Numbered from the stretch's first letter, positions 42,896 to 57,674 are shown. The stretch: DNA of 64,000 nt from Octopus vulgaris (GCA_951406725.2 OX597828.1:23126001-23190000); one strand, 5' to 3'. Notes: generated by a model not told the origin, from the letters alone. A program made the numbers and translations.

Positions 42896-43685
42896 TATAT
42901 ATATGTATGTACGTGTATATGTATATATATATATATATGTATGTGAATATGTATATATGTATGTATGTGTATATGTATATACATGTATGTATGTGAATAT
43001 GAATATATATATATATATATGAATATGTATATATATGTGTGTGTGTGTGTGTATGTATATATCTATGTATGTATATATATATATATGTATATGTATGTTT
43101 ATATATGTTTATGTATATCTATGTATATATGTGTGTGTATGTATATGTGTATATATGTATGTATGTATGTGTGTGTCTATGTGTTTGTATACGCGTAATA
43201 GGTATTTATTTGTTGCGAACTCTGAAAAATGTGATTCGAAGAGAGAATTTTTATTTTGTTTAATAATAGACTTAACAAACTATTTAGAATTTTAGAATAT
43301 TTTTGGAAAGCTTTTCTTTTGAGGTTTTTCATACTGATTTGTCCGTCTGTTGTACATTATCTTTTAAAGTTAATACACTTTTAAAATGTCAGCACTTGAC
43401 GCGTTCTGTGTGTTGTCTTAGCGGCATTGCACATATATTGTATGAGTTGCTTGTAGGGTTATGTGTTTTTGTCTGGACATATTTATTCAGATAAACACAT
43501 ACACACACACTCACACACACACACATTGAAACACACACACACACACGCTCACACACACACACACTCACACATACACACTCACACACACACACACATTCAA
43601 ACACACACTCACACACACACGCAGAAACATAGCCAGTCAAAGAAATATGCAGATAGACAGACAGATAGATAGACAAATGGATAAA

Positions 43686-43876
<191 letters not shown>

Positions 43877-44237
43877 AGACAGCCAGTCACAGAGATGGAC
43901 GGGAACAGACACACACACATACATATGTACACTCATATAGAGAGATGATTACATTATATGCATGTGTGCATCTATCTGTTGTAAAAATTATCCGACGATG
44001 TGTAGTTCCAATAACTGAATGCTCATTTAAGGTTAATTATAATTACTGCTTAATACGATGTTTCGCATGGAGGCTAACATACAGCATAGCCGTATATTTC
44101 TTCTACTCTCACACTGGCATGTGTGTGTGTATGTGTGTGCATGTCTGTGTGTATGTGTGTGCATATGTGTGTGTGTTTATATATATATATATATATATAT
44201 AATTGTATTCATACATTCATATATATATATACACACA

Positions 44238-44324
<87 letters not shown>

Positions 44325-44738
44325 TTGCATACACCTTGATTAGAGGGTTTGCAAACCTGACTCTGAAAATTTTATATTTAATATAATTGTATATTTCATA
44401 TTTCAGTGTAATTACAAAAATATGGCTAAGTAGCACACTATTAATTACACATGTAATCCAATGCATATGTAGTGATATGCTAATTAACAACACTAATTGA
44501 TCTCAGTCCGTGTGGTCCATTAGGATTTACTAGTTAAATATCATCAGTGTGCGTAGAAAATCGTTTTTTATTTTCCTCTGTGAATGAAACCACATTAGAA
44601 ACTCGTAACTACATCATGTGCACATAGTCAGTTGTAACATGGCAGGTTTTGACTCAGCGTTCGCAGGAAGCATATATATAACGTGAATTAAATACGTATA
44701 ACTTCATATATGTGTGTGCATGTGTGTGTCTGTGGATA

Positions 44739-44816
<78 letters not shown>

Positions 44817-44817
44817 C

Positions 44818-44985
44818 AAATAAATGAAAGAATGGAGTTGAAAGACGAATTAACAAAATTAATTTATTTTATTTTCGACATATGTTTCGAAGGCTGCATA
44901 TTCCTAATTTCGAAGGAATAAGGGGTGCATTATGCCGCCTTCTCATCAGGAAAAGTAAGGAACTTATGTCAGCATCAAGATGCAC
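44818..44985 (-). mobile_element. Second copy of the HHR-bearing repeat
   Basis: Shares aataaatgaaa..aatggagttgaa, the HHR body and aaggaac.t.t.tcagc.tcaaga with 59990-60150. Flanked by (AT)n on both sides. Confidence 0.7.
44872..44954 (-). ncRNA. Type I hammerhead ribozyme, intact core (copy 1)
   Basis: Minus strand reads UUUUC-CUGAUGA-GAAGGC-[42 nt incl. UAUUCCU/AGGAAUA hairpin]-GCCUUC-GAAA-CAUAUG-UC-GAAAA. Stem I is 5 bp, stem II is 6 bp, all conserved core nucleotides are present, and stem III is palindromic (ACAUAUGU). Predicted cleavage after C at 44877. Confidence 0.88.
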
Positions 44986-44992
44986 AAATATA

Positions 44993-45048
<56 letters not shown>

Positions 45049-46196
45049 CACACACATTTGTATATATTCACATCTTACTGTTTTTATCACCAAAACTTTA
45101 TACACACGCACATACACTCACGCATACATGTATATATGAGTGCGGACGCATAGAGACTGAACACAGGCGCAGATGAATATTTACTTGCGTCTGACCTAAT
45201 TGACAACACCGCTACTTCAATGTCAATCACATCTGAGCGAAAGTGCATTTTTTACAAATTTATATGTTACGGAACTCGCGTAGGTTAACAAATTCCACTG
45301 TGTATTTTTTCCCCTGTTTCCCTGTGTATCTTTTAGTCTGATACTCTACTCACCTTACACACACCTGCCTATCATCTTTTCTTAGCGACAAGCGTTATAT
45401 GCAGAAGATTGTCATTGAATATTCTCACTATAATGAATACGCTGTTTTTCGCAAAATCTTTTGAATGGCTTTGAAAATGCTTTGTTGTATATATTTGCTT
45501 GTATTCATACTGTGAACTGAAATTAACCCTAAATTTTTAGGCACATTAATACCATTCTCAGTGCATAAATTGAATACCAACAGAGAACAGGAATCGATCG
45601 GTTTTAACCATTTCTCAAATCTGAGGCGTGCATGTTGTCTGAGTTGGAAATCAATATTTCAACCGATTTTAAAGCTAAAATCTCTCCTACTTATTATTGT
45701 GGTTATTTGATTGACACACGACATATATAATATATCGAAACAGAAGTGTTTGATTAAAACAATAGATTTATCTCGGTCCAGCTCCGTATTCACTTATTGC
45801 ATTTTCCCTACATACGAAAATAAACAATTCATATTAAACTTTCTGCATTATTTGACAAACACTGACTGGGATTTTGTCCAAGCTCCTTTAGTTCCTACCC
45901 TAACAACCACAATGTTTAACGAGGTGTTCTACTGTCGTTCACGTTTAAAATGGAGGATTTTGTTTGATAGCGTTTGGTTACATTGGTCGAAAACACCTTT
46001 TTATCAGCTGCCGTATAAAATCCACGAAATTCAAAGAATCATGAAAGAGAAACTCTTCTATGCATCGCTCTCACACTCTGCTGCTTTCTCTCAGCTGTTC
46101 TTCTATTCCCCTCTTTCTATTACTGTCTCGCTTTGTATATACCCATACACAAACACGCATGTATATATATATGTGTGTGAATTTATGTCTGTGTGT

Positions 46197-46231
<35 letters not shown>

Positions 46232-46271
46232 GATATAAATTCACACATGTATATGCACATAAGCATGAATG

Positions 46272-46308
<37 letters not shown>

Positions 46309-46316
46309 GCATGTAT

Positions 46317-46433
<117 letters not shown>

Positions 46434-46461
46434 AATATATATATATGTATGTATATGTATG

Positions 46462-46515
<54 letters not shown>

Positions 46516-46629
46516 GTTTTCTCTTGCTATTTCTCATTCTCGCCTTTTGTCTCTTTTTGTTCTCTCCTTTCTGTATTTATCCTGTTCTCCATCCCTCTCT
46601 TCTCCGTTCTATTACTATTTCCTCCTCTC

Positions 46630-46677
<48 letters not shown>

Positions 46678-47414
46678 TTCCCCCTTCGTCTCTTTCTGTC
46701 CCTTTACTCTCAGTCACTCGCTATACTCTTCATGTTCACCTTTTCGTTCAATAAGCAATACGAAAAACATGCTCTGGCAATATTCCTATGGTCTTGCCTT
46801 GCCAAACTGTAAGTTATATAAACACCTACGTGTGGAACGGATCAATGCGGTTAATATGGAAATAAATACTGCACACACTTCGAATCAGTCCCTCGAGGCA
46901 TTCATTAAGATTAACAGTCACATTAATCAACAGAACATACCGACTTACATGTCGAGTCTCAGAACGCAGGACTCCAGATTGCCGAAAGATGGTCGGCAGA
47001 TCATATCTACACAAAGGTACACCGTTGTGTTAAAGCAGCGGACACGTGATTAAAACGGCTCAGAGGCTTTCTCAATTATAACTAATGTTGTCGTTGCTGT
47101 AAGTGGTATTATCATGTTATTTTTGTCCATGATCAATAACACCGATTAGGCGTTTATCAATAAAAATCAGTCCGGCAGCGAATTGGTCATCGCAATTTCT
47201 AGGACTACCTCAACAATTTTTGTTTTAAGGGAAGTAATACCCCCCCCCCCATCCCACATACACACACTGATAAAAGTGACGATGATTAGATTCTGAAGGA
47301 TATGATAATGACTCATAGAAGGGTATAAAAGGAATGGAATTCTGTCCCGATAATACTTGAAGTAAAGGATCAAGTAATATCCATCAGCTTTTTTAGTGCT
47401 TCAGTTCTCTCTTT

Positions 47415-48055
47415 AATGGTTTCAAAGTTGGAAAGAAGTCCAACAATTTGGGGGATGAGGTGAGATGATTATATTAGCCCCAGTATTTTCGTTGCTACTT
47501 TATCTACCTTAATTTATGAAGACTGAAAGAATAAACAGTCGATCTTGGCGGAAATTAATCTAAAACATAACGCGGGATAAGAAAACCCCATTAGATTTTG
47601 TTCGACACAATACAGATTCTGCTAGCCGGCCGCTCTCATTTACCTAAATGAAGCTTACTACTAAAGGCACAAGTGCTGAAATTTTGGGGAGGAATCTAGT
47701 CGATTACATCGACCCAAGTGCTCAACTTGTATTATCATTATTTTATAGACCCTGAAAGAATTAAAGGTGAAGTCGAACTCGGCAGAAATTTAACTCGAAT
47801 TTAAAAAAGCGGAAAGAAATTGCCCGTAATGCTTTGTTTTGTCCCATTCAGTAACGGTTCCACTAGCTCGCCGCTCTCAATTTTTTATGTAACAGAGTCC
47901 AGTACGCAACTGGTATTATTTCATCGACGACGAAAGATATGAAGGGCAAAGTCGACCTGGGCAGAAATTAAATTCAAATTTTAAAATGCGGAAAGAAAAT
48001 GGCCTGTTAGGGTTATGTCCCATGCATTATCAGTTCTGCTAGCTCGCCGCTCTTA
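47415..48055 (-). mobile_element. Three tandem SINE family B copies
   Basis: Each ends (in + sense) in ctagc(t/c)(c/g)gccgc at ~47635, ~47875 and ~48050, with a gtcga..ggc.gaaatt core. Confidence 0.75.
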
Positions 48056-48583
48056 GTTGTCTATATAACAGACTCCATCTTTGTAAATGATAAGTGTGTT
48101 AATTTCCATGTTAAATAGATTTATTCGTGGTTTGTTAATTGCTATATAGCAAGTTTCCGTTTATGAACTATGATACACTTTGGAAAAATTTCTCAGTAGT
48201 TTAATCACAGACTTTAATTTAAACCAAAACTACTGGCAATAATCATCTATAGCTCAAGGTTTAATGCCAACTTAATATTAGATGTTATATGTCCTCTTAT
48301 AACGAGGTCGATATAATTATAAATATTAATTTTCTTTAATCAATAAAGATGGGGAAGAATTTTTGTGATAGACGATAATAAAACGAAAGCATCAAGTCGC
48401 TAGGTGCACATTACAAATAAATTATTTTATAGAGAACTAGATTTATAGAAATTTATAGCGCAAATGTATAAAATTGGACAAGGGTTTAATAATGAATTTT
48501 TATATCTTTTTAAGTTGAAGAGGTGCACTTATTCATTTTTATATTACTATAAAATCGGGATATTACTCATATAACAATATATA

Positions 48584-49088
48584 TGTGGTAAGAATTTGTT
48601 TTGTAACCACATGGTTCAACTCCACCGCATGACTCGTTGGACAAATGTCTGTCTTATGCTATAGCCTCGGGGCTGACCATAGTGTTCTTGTGTATGCATT
48701 TGGTTGACGGAAACTGAAAGAAGGTCGTTGCATATATATATATATATATATATGTTATGTCCCCGTAACATAGCGTTTTGACCAAAGTGACCCATAGAAT
48801 AAGTACTAGGCTTAAAAATAATAAGTCCTGGTATCGACTAAAGGCGGTGCTCCAGCATGGACGCAGTCATATGACTGAAACGTCTCTGTGATGGGAGGTG
48901 TTTTGTGTGTATTTGTCTCCCACATCCACCTGATATAAGTGGTGTTCGTATCTTTACGTTCCCGTAAAAGACCAACACGATAGGTACCAGTCTTTTAAAA
49001 AATTAGTACTGGGGTCGATTCTTTCAACTAGAATTCTCAAGCCGTTGCCCTAGCATGACCGCAGGCTAATGGTGGAAAGAAGTAAAAG
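48584..49088 (+). mobile_element. SINE family A copy followed by a second diverged 3' half
   Basis: 48584-48881 is collinear with family A. 48905-49088 repeats the tail (gataggtaccag..ggggtcgatt..ctagcatgaccgcag). Confidence 0.8.
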
Positions 49089-50040
49089 GGAACAGATGAA
49101 ACATATGTGTCTCATCATTGGCGATTTTTCTAAGCTTCCCATATTTAGCTTGAAAGACATCACTGGAATTACTCCAACACATATGCTGTATTATGTATCA
49201 CTGACCGAATTATCTTTGTGATATTTGCTTGACATGCCACTTATCCAAGATGATCTCCGAGTAATATTTTATCTGTTGTCAATCAAAAATAGTCTTACAA
49301 GTTGATCTATGAAGATCAAGAGGAGACAGTCGTAGGCCATTATTCATTGATTGCTTGTGACTGATTGTGTCTCATTGTCGATGACTAACAAACACCTACT
49401 ACCAACCTGTCAGCACCAGTTACTAACCACTAACAGTAAGTCATAAACGATCAATCGCAAACCGTTTTCAATAAGAGTTACTTACTAACCTTACATAAAT
49501 AGCGTCAGTCAGTCACCTACATAGTCAGTCACTAACAAACAGTAGCAACAAGGAAAATGGTTAATCACTAACGGTCAGTCATTAATAGTCAGTCAACAAA
49601 ATATGCTATTTGTTCTGCGGTATACAACCGTTATTTCCTCTCCACCCGTCTTTTGCGCCTTACTCCCTTTTTTCTCTATTCTTCGTTTCCTTGGTGAAAT
49701 AGTTATTGAATTTTTTGTCGATAATTTAATCTTTTCTAATTTTAATGTATTTTTCTTTCTTTTCTTCTGGTAAAAATATGCTATTAATAAAATGTAATTC
49801 AAAAGTTAGAAAAAGGAAAACAACAAAAAGCACTCTCACATATCGTCGAAGCTATATATAACATTAAACAAGATACCCCATTCTTTCATAATATGACATC
49901 ATTACTGTACCAAACTGCGCACTACACTTGGTTACGCATAAGCAAGGAGGAAACCTTTACGTGGTTCTATGTCCTACTAAAAATAGCAAACAAATCTTCC
50001 TCAAATTGCGTTTAATAATTGTTATGACAGTAGCTATATG

Positions 50041-50255
50041 ACCCTTGGGGTTCAAAATACGATTTGTCTATTAAAACTTTAGCACAATAAATTAGTTATA
50101 CTTCTAAAATACACAAAATATTTTAACAATTATTTTTATATAATTTCTAATAATATCTAATTTGGATGTTTTTAAACATCGAATGAGTACGAGGGTCACC
50201 TGAGTAATATAAGAATCATAGGGGCTCCTAGGTAAAGAATGGTTGGGAACTATTG
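50041..50255. mobile_element. Decayed hAT-like MITE (second copy)
   Basis: Ends aatggttgggaactattg. Similar to 11997-12250. Confidence 0.4.
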
Positions 50256-51484
50256 TTTGAAAAGGACTCCTTTGATAATGATGGGTTGGGTTCTTCGTGT
50301 AAGACATTTTCTCTTACGCTGTAACGATTTTGTGAATCCTATAACAAACAGGAGTAACAACAACAACAACAATATTAATCCAACGGATGTGAGGATAAAT
50401 GATGTCGAATCCATCGTCTCCTGTACACAATAGTGTGGTTTGGACTCGTAATGTAAAGACTCGCAACAATTACTGTAAGACATAGTTCTAAGACACTGAT
50501 GATTCAGCTAAACCACCACTAATAGTTACTAATAAAAACACAAAGCAAGAAAATCTGGAGGTTGTAGTTGGTCGTGACAAGATTGCCTCCCAGCATGTTT
50601 TCTCAATCGTGGATGACCCAGGGCTAAACGTTAACAATATGAAACATTTTCCAACGTTTCCATTACACTAAGTTTACAAATGGCCAAATGACGAACCGAC
50701 GACGAGGTTGTTACAGCTGCTAGAAATAGCAGTCATATCAACATCTTTTTCCGAAAATGCATCAAAAAGAAAAGAGGAGGGATGAAATGTATAAGATGCA
50801 GATGACTTTAATGAAAGACCTGACCGAGGACGAAAGAGTAATAAACATCAACAAAAACAACAACAGCAACAATGTCATGAGGAATTTTCTACAACAATAA
50901 TAACTACTACTACTACTGCTGCTGCTGCTGCTACGACTGCTACGACTGCTGCTGCTGTTGCAGCCACAAGGTTACACAACCGAATATAAATGATATTCAA
51001 GAACAGTGCTGTATCTCACTGGTTGTCACACCTGAATACACCAGTTATCTCTAGTCAATAAATTTGCTCACAACTCCACATCATTATCATTATCACCATG
51101 CTTCTGTAAACGTCACAAGCCGAAATCAGAGTGAAGAGTACGGAGGCGGGGAGAAAGAGAGAGAGAGAGAGAGAAAGACAGAGTGAACAGAAAGCTGTGA
51201 TAGGAGTAGTAGTGGTGGTGGTGATGGTGTTGGGGGTGCTCTTGATGATAGTGTGTGAATGAACGGATTTAATCAAAGAAAAGAAACGGTTCTGTTTATT
51301 TGAATTGCTAACCTTAACCAAATGTTTGACGCAGTAAACTCGATGCAGTAGCTTGGAATCTGTTTAACGCAACATAAATTTATTTTGCTGGAAAAAAAGC
51401 AAAAAACAAAATAAAAAATAAACAGAATAAAATAAAATAAATAACCGCACGTTAATGATGATAATTATTGTTATGGTGATAATT

Positions 51485-51830
51485 GCTTCGAATTTTGGCA
51501 CAAGGCGAACAATTATAAGAGGAGGGGTTTGTCGATACATCGAAATGGAACTCAGAATGTAAAGAGTAGGAAGAAATGATGCTAACCGTTCTACCATTTC
51601 ACCGCCCTAATAATAGCTATAAAAATTGATAATACCAAGAGTTTCTATTCTTGGTTCAAGGTCAGAGATTTTCGTGGGAGGGGACTATTCGATTCCACCG
51701 ACTGCAGTATTTGGCTGGCACATTATTTTATCTGTTCCGAAAGGATAATAATCTATACTGACCTCGACAGGATTTGAACAGAAACTGAACAATCGAAACA
51801 ACTCCTGCATAGAATTTCTTCAGCATTATA
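51485..51830 (-). mobile_element. Two diverged SINE family B copies
   Basis: ttttggcacaaggc..gaactcagaatgtaaag..caccgcc, and ttggttcaagg..gacctcgacaggatttgaac. Confidence 0.6.
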
Positions 51831-51850
51831 ATGATTCAGTTACAGTTATA

Positions 51851-52257
51851 GGCGCAGGAGTGACTGTGTGGTAAGTAGCTTGTTTACCAACCACATAGTT
51901 CCGGGTTCAGTCCCACTGCGTGACACCATGGACAAGTGTCTTCTACTATAGCCTCGGGCCGACCAAATCCTTGTAAGTGGATTTGGTAGACGGAAACTGA
52001 AAAGAAGCCCGTCGTATATATGTATATTTATATATGCGAGTGTATGCTTGTGTGCCTGTGTTTGTCCCCCTAGCATTGCTTGACAACCGATGCTGGTGTG
52101 TTTATGTCCCCGTTACTTAGCGGTTCGGCAAAAAGAGTCCGATAGAATAAGTACTGGGCTTACAAAAAGAATAAGTCCCGGGGTCGAGTTGCTCGATTAA
52201 AGGCGATGATCAGCATGGCCGAAGTCAAATTACTGAAACAAGTAAAAGAGTAAAGAG
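51851..52257 (+). mobile_element. SINE family A, full length
   Basis: tRNA-like head (ggcgcaggagtgactgtgtggtaag...gggttcagtccc: A/B boxes), body with internal microsatellite after aagaagcccgtcg, tail ...ctgaaacaagtaaaagag. Multiple homologs in the window. Confidence 0.92.
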
Positions 52258-52314
52258 TTGCTAATATAGCATACTAGTGATTCAGCTATTGTTGAAAATG
52301 AAGTCATATAGGAA

Positions 52315-52743
52315 GGTGTCGAGCTGGCAGACACGTTAGCACGCTGGGCGAAATGCGTAGCCGTATTTTGTCTGCTGTTACGTTATGAGTTCAAATTCCG
52401 CCGAGGTTTACTTTGCCTTTCATACTTTCAGGGTCGATAAATTAAGTACCAATTACGAACTGGAGTCGATGTAATCGATTTAATCCGTTTGTCTGTTCTT
52501 GTTTGTTCTCTCTGTGTTTAGCCACTTGTGGGTAGTAAAGAAATAGGTATTTCGTCTGCCGCTACGTTCTGTGTTCAAATTCCGCCGAGGTCGACTTTGC
52601 CTTTCATCCTTTCGGGTCGATTAAATAAGTACCAATTACGCGCTGGTCGATTAAATGAGTACCAGTTACGAACAGTTGCGTTCTGGGGTCAACAGATCCC
52701 TCTTCCAAAACGTTAGGGCCTTGTGCCTAGCGTAGAAAAGAAT
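52315..52743 (+). mobile_element. SINE family B, dimeric (different internal junction)
   Basis: Collinear with 31119-31552. The second unit starts at ggtatttcgtctg (~52545). Extra short duplication at 52615-52670. Confidence 0.9.
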
Positions 52744-54579
52744 ATAGTGTTCTAGTGTTTCAGCTATAGTTGCTAATGAAGTCAGTTGGGAAAGCGGCGA
52801 GTTGACAGAATCCTTAGTACGGAGGGCAAAATATCATCATCTGAGTTAAAATTTCGCCGTGGTCGACTTTCTCATTCGTCCCGGACTTTGAAGCCAGTAT
52901 AGTCACAGGGGAAGAATATTTGCAGTTTTTAGTTAATTGATTAAATCGATCCCAATAATTTATTTCTTAGAACTCAGTTCATATCGACGTGAAATGAACT
53001 AAAATCTCAAAGAACCACAACTAAAATAACTCAAGTCAAATGTTGTCTGAGCTTTAATGATTAAGCAAAACTACCGACTTCGTAACAATAATTGCTTTTA
53101 TTATAGGTACACGGTCACAAATTTGTGCTAGGTCAGTCAATTAATTAAAAGTACATTACCTTATTGAAACTGGAGAGATGAGTGGCAAATTTGCACAGAG
53201 TTGAAACTCGAAACAAATACGCAACATCTTTTAGTCTGACGCTCAGCCAATTCACCGAATTAGAATTCGTTAAATACAGAGCACCTGTTCAACCAAACTT
53301 TTGTCTCAAAGAAGATGTTAGACTTTGGTAATAGACTGTTTAATGCATTAATCACTAATCGCTACGGGAATAGGTTCTAAGTATTTGGTGAAAAGAGACA
53401 TCGCGTCTCGTAAATAGATTTATTTCTGTACTACTTGTTTATCATTTTATAATTTATTCATCTTTATCATTTAGTCAAGTTATAGAGTAGCACTGTGGCA
53501 GTAATGCTGTTGAGAAGGTATTTCCTTAATGCTTTTTTTTTTCTTTTCAGTATTACACTCAACCATTTCGTGTTTAGTCATTCGTTTATAAGTTTTCTTT
53601 AATCTTGGTATCTGTGTCCGCACATAGAGATTCTAACCGTATTCTATTAGTTTCAAATGAACTGTTTGGGTCCAAACTAGTTTTTAAAGCTCTATTGCAC
53701 AGAATATCAAATTGCATCAAGCTTCTCAACCAGTATCGGCAGGAAGTACATATTTTATACATATTTAGTAGAGATAAAAGAAAACTCAAAATGTGTGCAA
53801 ATGATGAATTTTGATTTAGAATGCAAAGGGAGGTAATGAAATGTCATAGCATTTTGTGTAACTCTTTTACCGTTCTGTCCAACGTGAATAGCATCAAAAA
53901 TAACGTTTCACTATATTGATTTTAGTCAAAGGCCTAAGGAGAGTTTCTGAAGCAAACACCGATGTTCGTATTTTTGCATATTATGAAGCGGGGTTCACAA
54001 TATACATAACAAGGGTAATATGGCAATTTATAGAACACTTAAACGTACCTACCTGTGCAGAAGACATCGTTTTATAACCGATGACATCGTTTGATATGAT
54101 ATGTCCATACTTTTCAGAAGAGCTTTCTGCACCCAACTTTCATAGTATTGTATGAAACTGCAGAAACATTACTCGAAGATATTGTATCTAATATGATAAA
54201 AGTCTATAACATCTGCACAGTTGTCTTTTGTTATACTCACAGACAGGAACGCTGCTTTATATCCAATAGAAAACTATATCCAAATGGTGCTGTTGTTAAA
54301 AAAATCATTTCAAAGTAAAAGACATTACGATATATGCGTGTCAACATAAAGGGTATTTTACTCGTCATATACATATTCACAATGATAATAAAATATACAA
54401 GAAATAGGGACATTTTAAAAGGTCAGCGTTTCGCAAAACACATTGTGAAACATTACAGATATATTTTAGCGAAATGCAGTGTACGTCTCCACCATAAATG
54501 CGCCATTATTCCTGACCCTTAAACCAATACACCTACTTGTTGTTCACACACGTCTTCGTCTTTTGTTTTCTGTAAATAT

Positions 54580-54629
<50 letters not shown>

Positions 54630-55155
54630 TTTCATCGTTCGTTTTCTTTCTTCCTCCTGTGTTAGTTGATGTCTACGATTCCTACCGAACTCTTCGTACA
54701 GTTTTTCTATTAATATATATAAAATTTCAGTTCATTCTATTTCGTATCGGAAATACAAACTTTGCTGTAATGACAAATAAACAATTTAAGTTATTTTCTT
54801 TTTATCATATCTCAGAGAAACTCGGCTGACCGAAACAAAAAATAAAAAAAGAAGTACCTCACCTAATGTCAGATAAAACAATATGGCGTCAAGAAAAGCA
54901 AATAACAAACGATATGAAGCAAATTAAATGGACGAATCCCTTAACGACTAATCTCTCTTTTTACGAATTTGCTAATTCCCCGGTGACTGAATTAGGAATT
55001 AAACATTAACAGCTTAAACTGGCTAGAAAGCATATAGACACATCGGATTGCCATTGAGCTCTCACACATCTCTGCGCGAGGGTGCATATAGCTGCATGCA
55101 TTCATACATATATGAGTTTATACACATATGCACGCACATGAGCACACATAAACAC

Positions 55156-55189
<34 letters not shown>

Positions 55190-55285
55190 ATATACACAAC
55201 ACACATATATATATATATGCATGTGTCCATACATAATTATTTATATAAATATATATTCATATATATCTCTCTCTCTCTCTCTCTA

Positions 55286-55338
<53 letters not shown>

Positions 55339-55420
55339 ATCATATATAATATTATATATATTTTTTATATACACACATACAGTAATGGTATGTACATATA
55401 GGCATATATGTATATATATA

Positions 55421-55451
<31 letters not shown>

Positions 55452-57286
55452 ATATATATATATATATATATACATATTTATGTATGTATATGTGTGCATG
55501 TACATTTATATACACATATACATACATACATTCACACAAACATAGATATCCTGCAATACAATACTCTATACAAAATATATCTACAAAAAATAAAATTAAA
55601 TCTCCTACACATTCATAAGGTATAACCTAGAAAATAATTAAAGAAAAATTAGAAAAAGAAAACATAAATAAACTATGACCAAAACCTAATTATATTTAGG
55701 CAAGTCCATTTAAATTTCCTTTTGTTGTTTCAAGCGTATTTTATAGCTAGTTATTTAAGTATTATTTTCTTATTTTTATTTTCATTATTAGCCTTTATTT
55801 TATATATGTTTGCATTTAATCTAACATGGGCTGAAAGTCTAAACATATGCTTCCTTTACCATATTGTTCTAAGACTTTGACGTCAAACTCTTGCAAATAG
55901 TCTTAGATATTACTTTTGAATTTCTTTGATGTTTCTTGGGTTTTTTCGACCAAATCGTTCTTGCTGATTGAGACTTAAATATTTCAATTTAAACGAGTGA
56001 CGTTACGCTATTGACTTAAAAGTGTGTGGCTGATTTTACGAACTAGTGAAAAATATTTGTTCTTCATTCAGTTTAGTGATTGAAGGTTATTGGTTCCACA
56101 GCTAGAAAGAGCAGTTAAATCATCGTAAAATCGCATCATAGCCTCTTAAAAGTTATTCGAAGAAATAGTATATACTTGAGTTATGTATACACTTTATGAA
56201 ATGTCAAATTTTAATGATTTTCTTGACTAGATTTATTAGAGACAGAACGTTGTTGGCATAATAAATCATTAGTAATAGCAGTGAAAATTCTGTAAAAAAC
56301 ATGTCATAGACATTTAAAGATAGTACAAGGATATGGGCAATATATAATGTCTTGAAGAAAAAAATCTTGAGACTTGTAAGAATCAAACCTTGAAGTTTTT
56401 ATATGTCATCATTTTGAGAAAGTAAACGTGACTGGTTACATAACTCGAGAAAAATAGCAGTTAAAATCAATCATAAAACCACATAAAAGCAACCAAAAAT
56501 CATTCGAGATAATAGTCTACTATTTAGCTGTATATACAATCTCTATGATAAATTCAAAGCGTGAGAATTTAAATTTTATATCATACGTGTGGTGTTTAAG
56601 AGACGACATGTGAAATTTGAACACACTCAGCAAGTGGAAACTAGGCATTTATTGCTATACATAATAGTTAAAGAAGCAATTTCTACATGGTCTGTCGATC
56701 TAGTTGTAAAGATTATGAGATATTGGTGGAAATTGACTTGAAACTAGAAAACAGTATATTGGATAAGGCGCTAAGAGTTGTTCTTCTTCATTAGAAAGAA
56801 GAACGTACCATGGACAATTATTCATATATACGTGTGTGTGTGTGTGTATGTGTGTGTGAAAAGTAAAGAAAATATATTATATGTGCTTTGTAATCTCGTA
56901 CGATTCTACAGATATTTCAAAAGGCGCCCGTATCTCCACGTTTTAAGCACTACGTCTGATGATGAAAAAACAGCGCTGCTATGAGGTGTTACCGCCCAGA
57001 AGTTACAGATATGTGTGTGTGTGTGTGTTTGTGCGTTTTCACTGCGATGGTCTTGTTAAGCAGCGTCGATTTATACAATTGCGGAAATAATTGTTGGTGT
57101 AACGGCAACAGACTTGGTCGCGTTAAAGAGGTGTAGGTTCGAATCCGAAACACCTACTTTCTTTTCTGTAGAGGCCTTATAATCATCCATTATAATCATC
57201 CATTATTTGACTATCTTTAGTCATTGAACAGTAATCGCTTTAAGCTTATACAATAAAACTACATAAATATATCTAACGTTTAAAAT

Positions 57287-57622
57287 CTTAGTGGGTAGGG
57301 CTTCGATTCACAATCGTAAGGTCGTGAGTTCAATTCCCAGTGACACGTTATGTCCCTGAGCAACACACTTTATTTCACGTTGCTCCAGTTCACTCAGCTG
57401 GCAAAAATGAATAGTACCTGTATTTCAAAGGGCCAGCTTCGTCACATTCTGTGTCATGCTGAGAATTACACACTTTGTCACGCTGAGAAATCTCCCGGAG
57501 AATTACATTTAGGGTACACGTGTGTTGGGAGTGCTCAGTCACTTGTAAGTTAATTTCAGAAGCAAATTGTTCCGTTGGTCGGATCACGTGGAACCCTTGT
57601 CGTCGTAACAGAAGGAGTACCA
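57287..57622 (+). mobile_element. SINE family D
   Basis: Head cttagtgggtaggg..gagttcaattccc, body tgtccctgagcaacacactttatttcacgttgctccag, tail ggaacccttgtcgtcgtaac. Short internal duplication at 57442-57495. Confidence 0.85.
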
Positions 57623-57674
57623 GCCAAGCTGATTTTTTTTACTATATGCAAGTATGTAAGTGTGTATGTATGTT

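Noticed and set aside
45914-45935. ttaacgaggtgttctactgt resembling a pogo/Tigger TIR
   Set aside because: No partner TIR found nearby.
46700-47053. ~100-codon non-repetitive tail of ORF 46193-47053
   Set aside because: No recognisable motif, and its upstream part is microsatellite; compatible with chance.
57093-57155. tRNA-like A box and GGTTCGAATCC
   Set aside because: No acceptor or anticodon stems; at best a decayed SINE head, not a tRNA gene.
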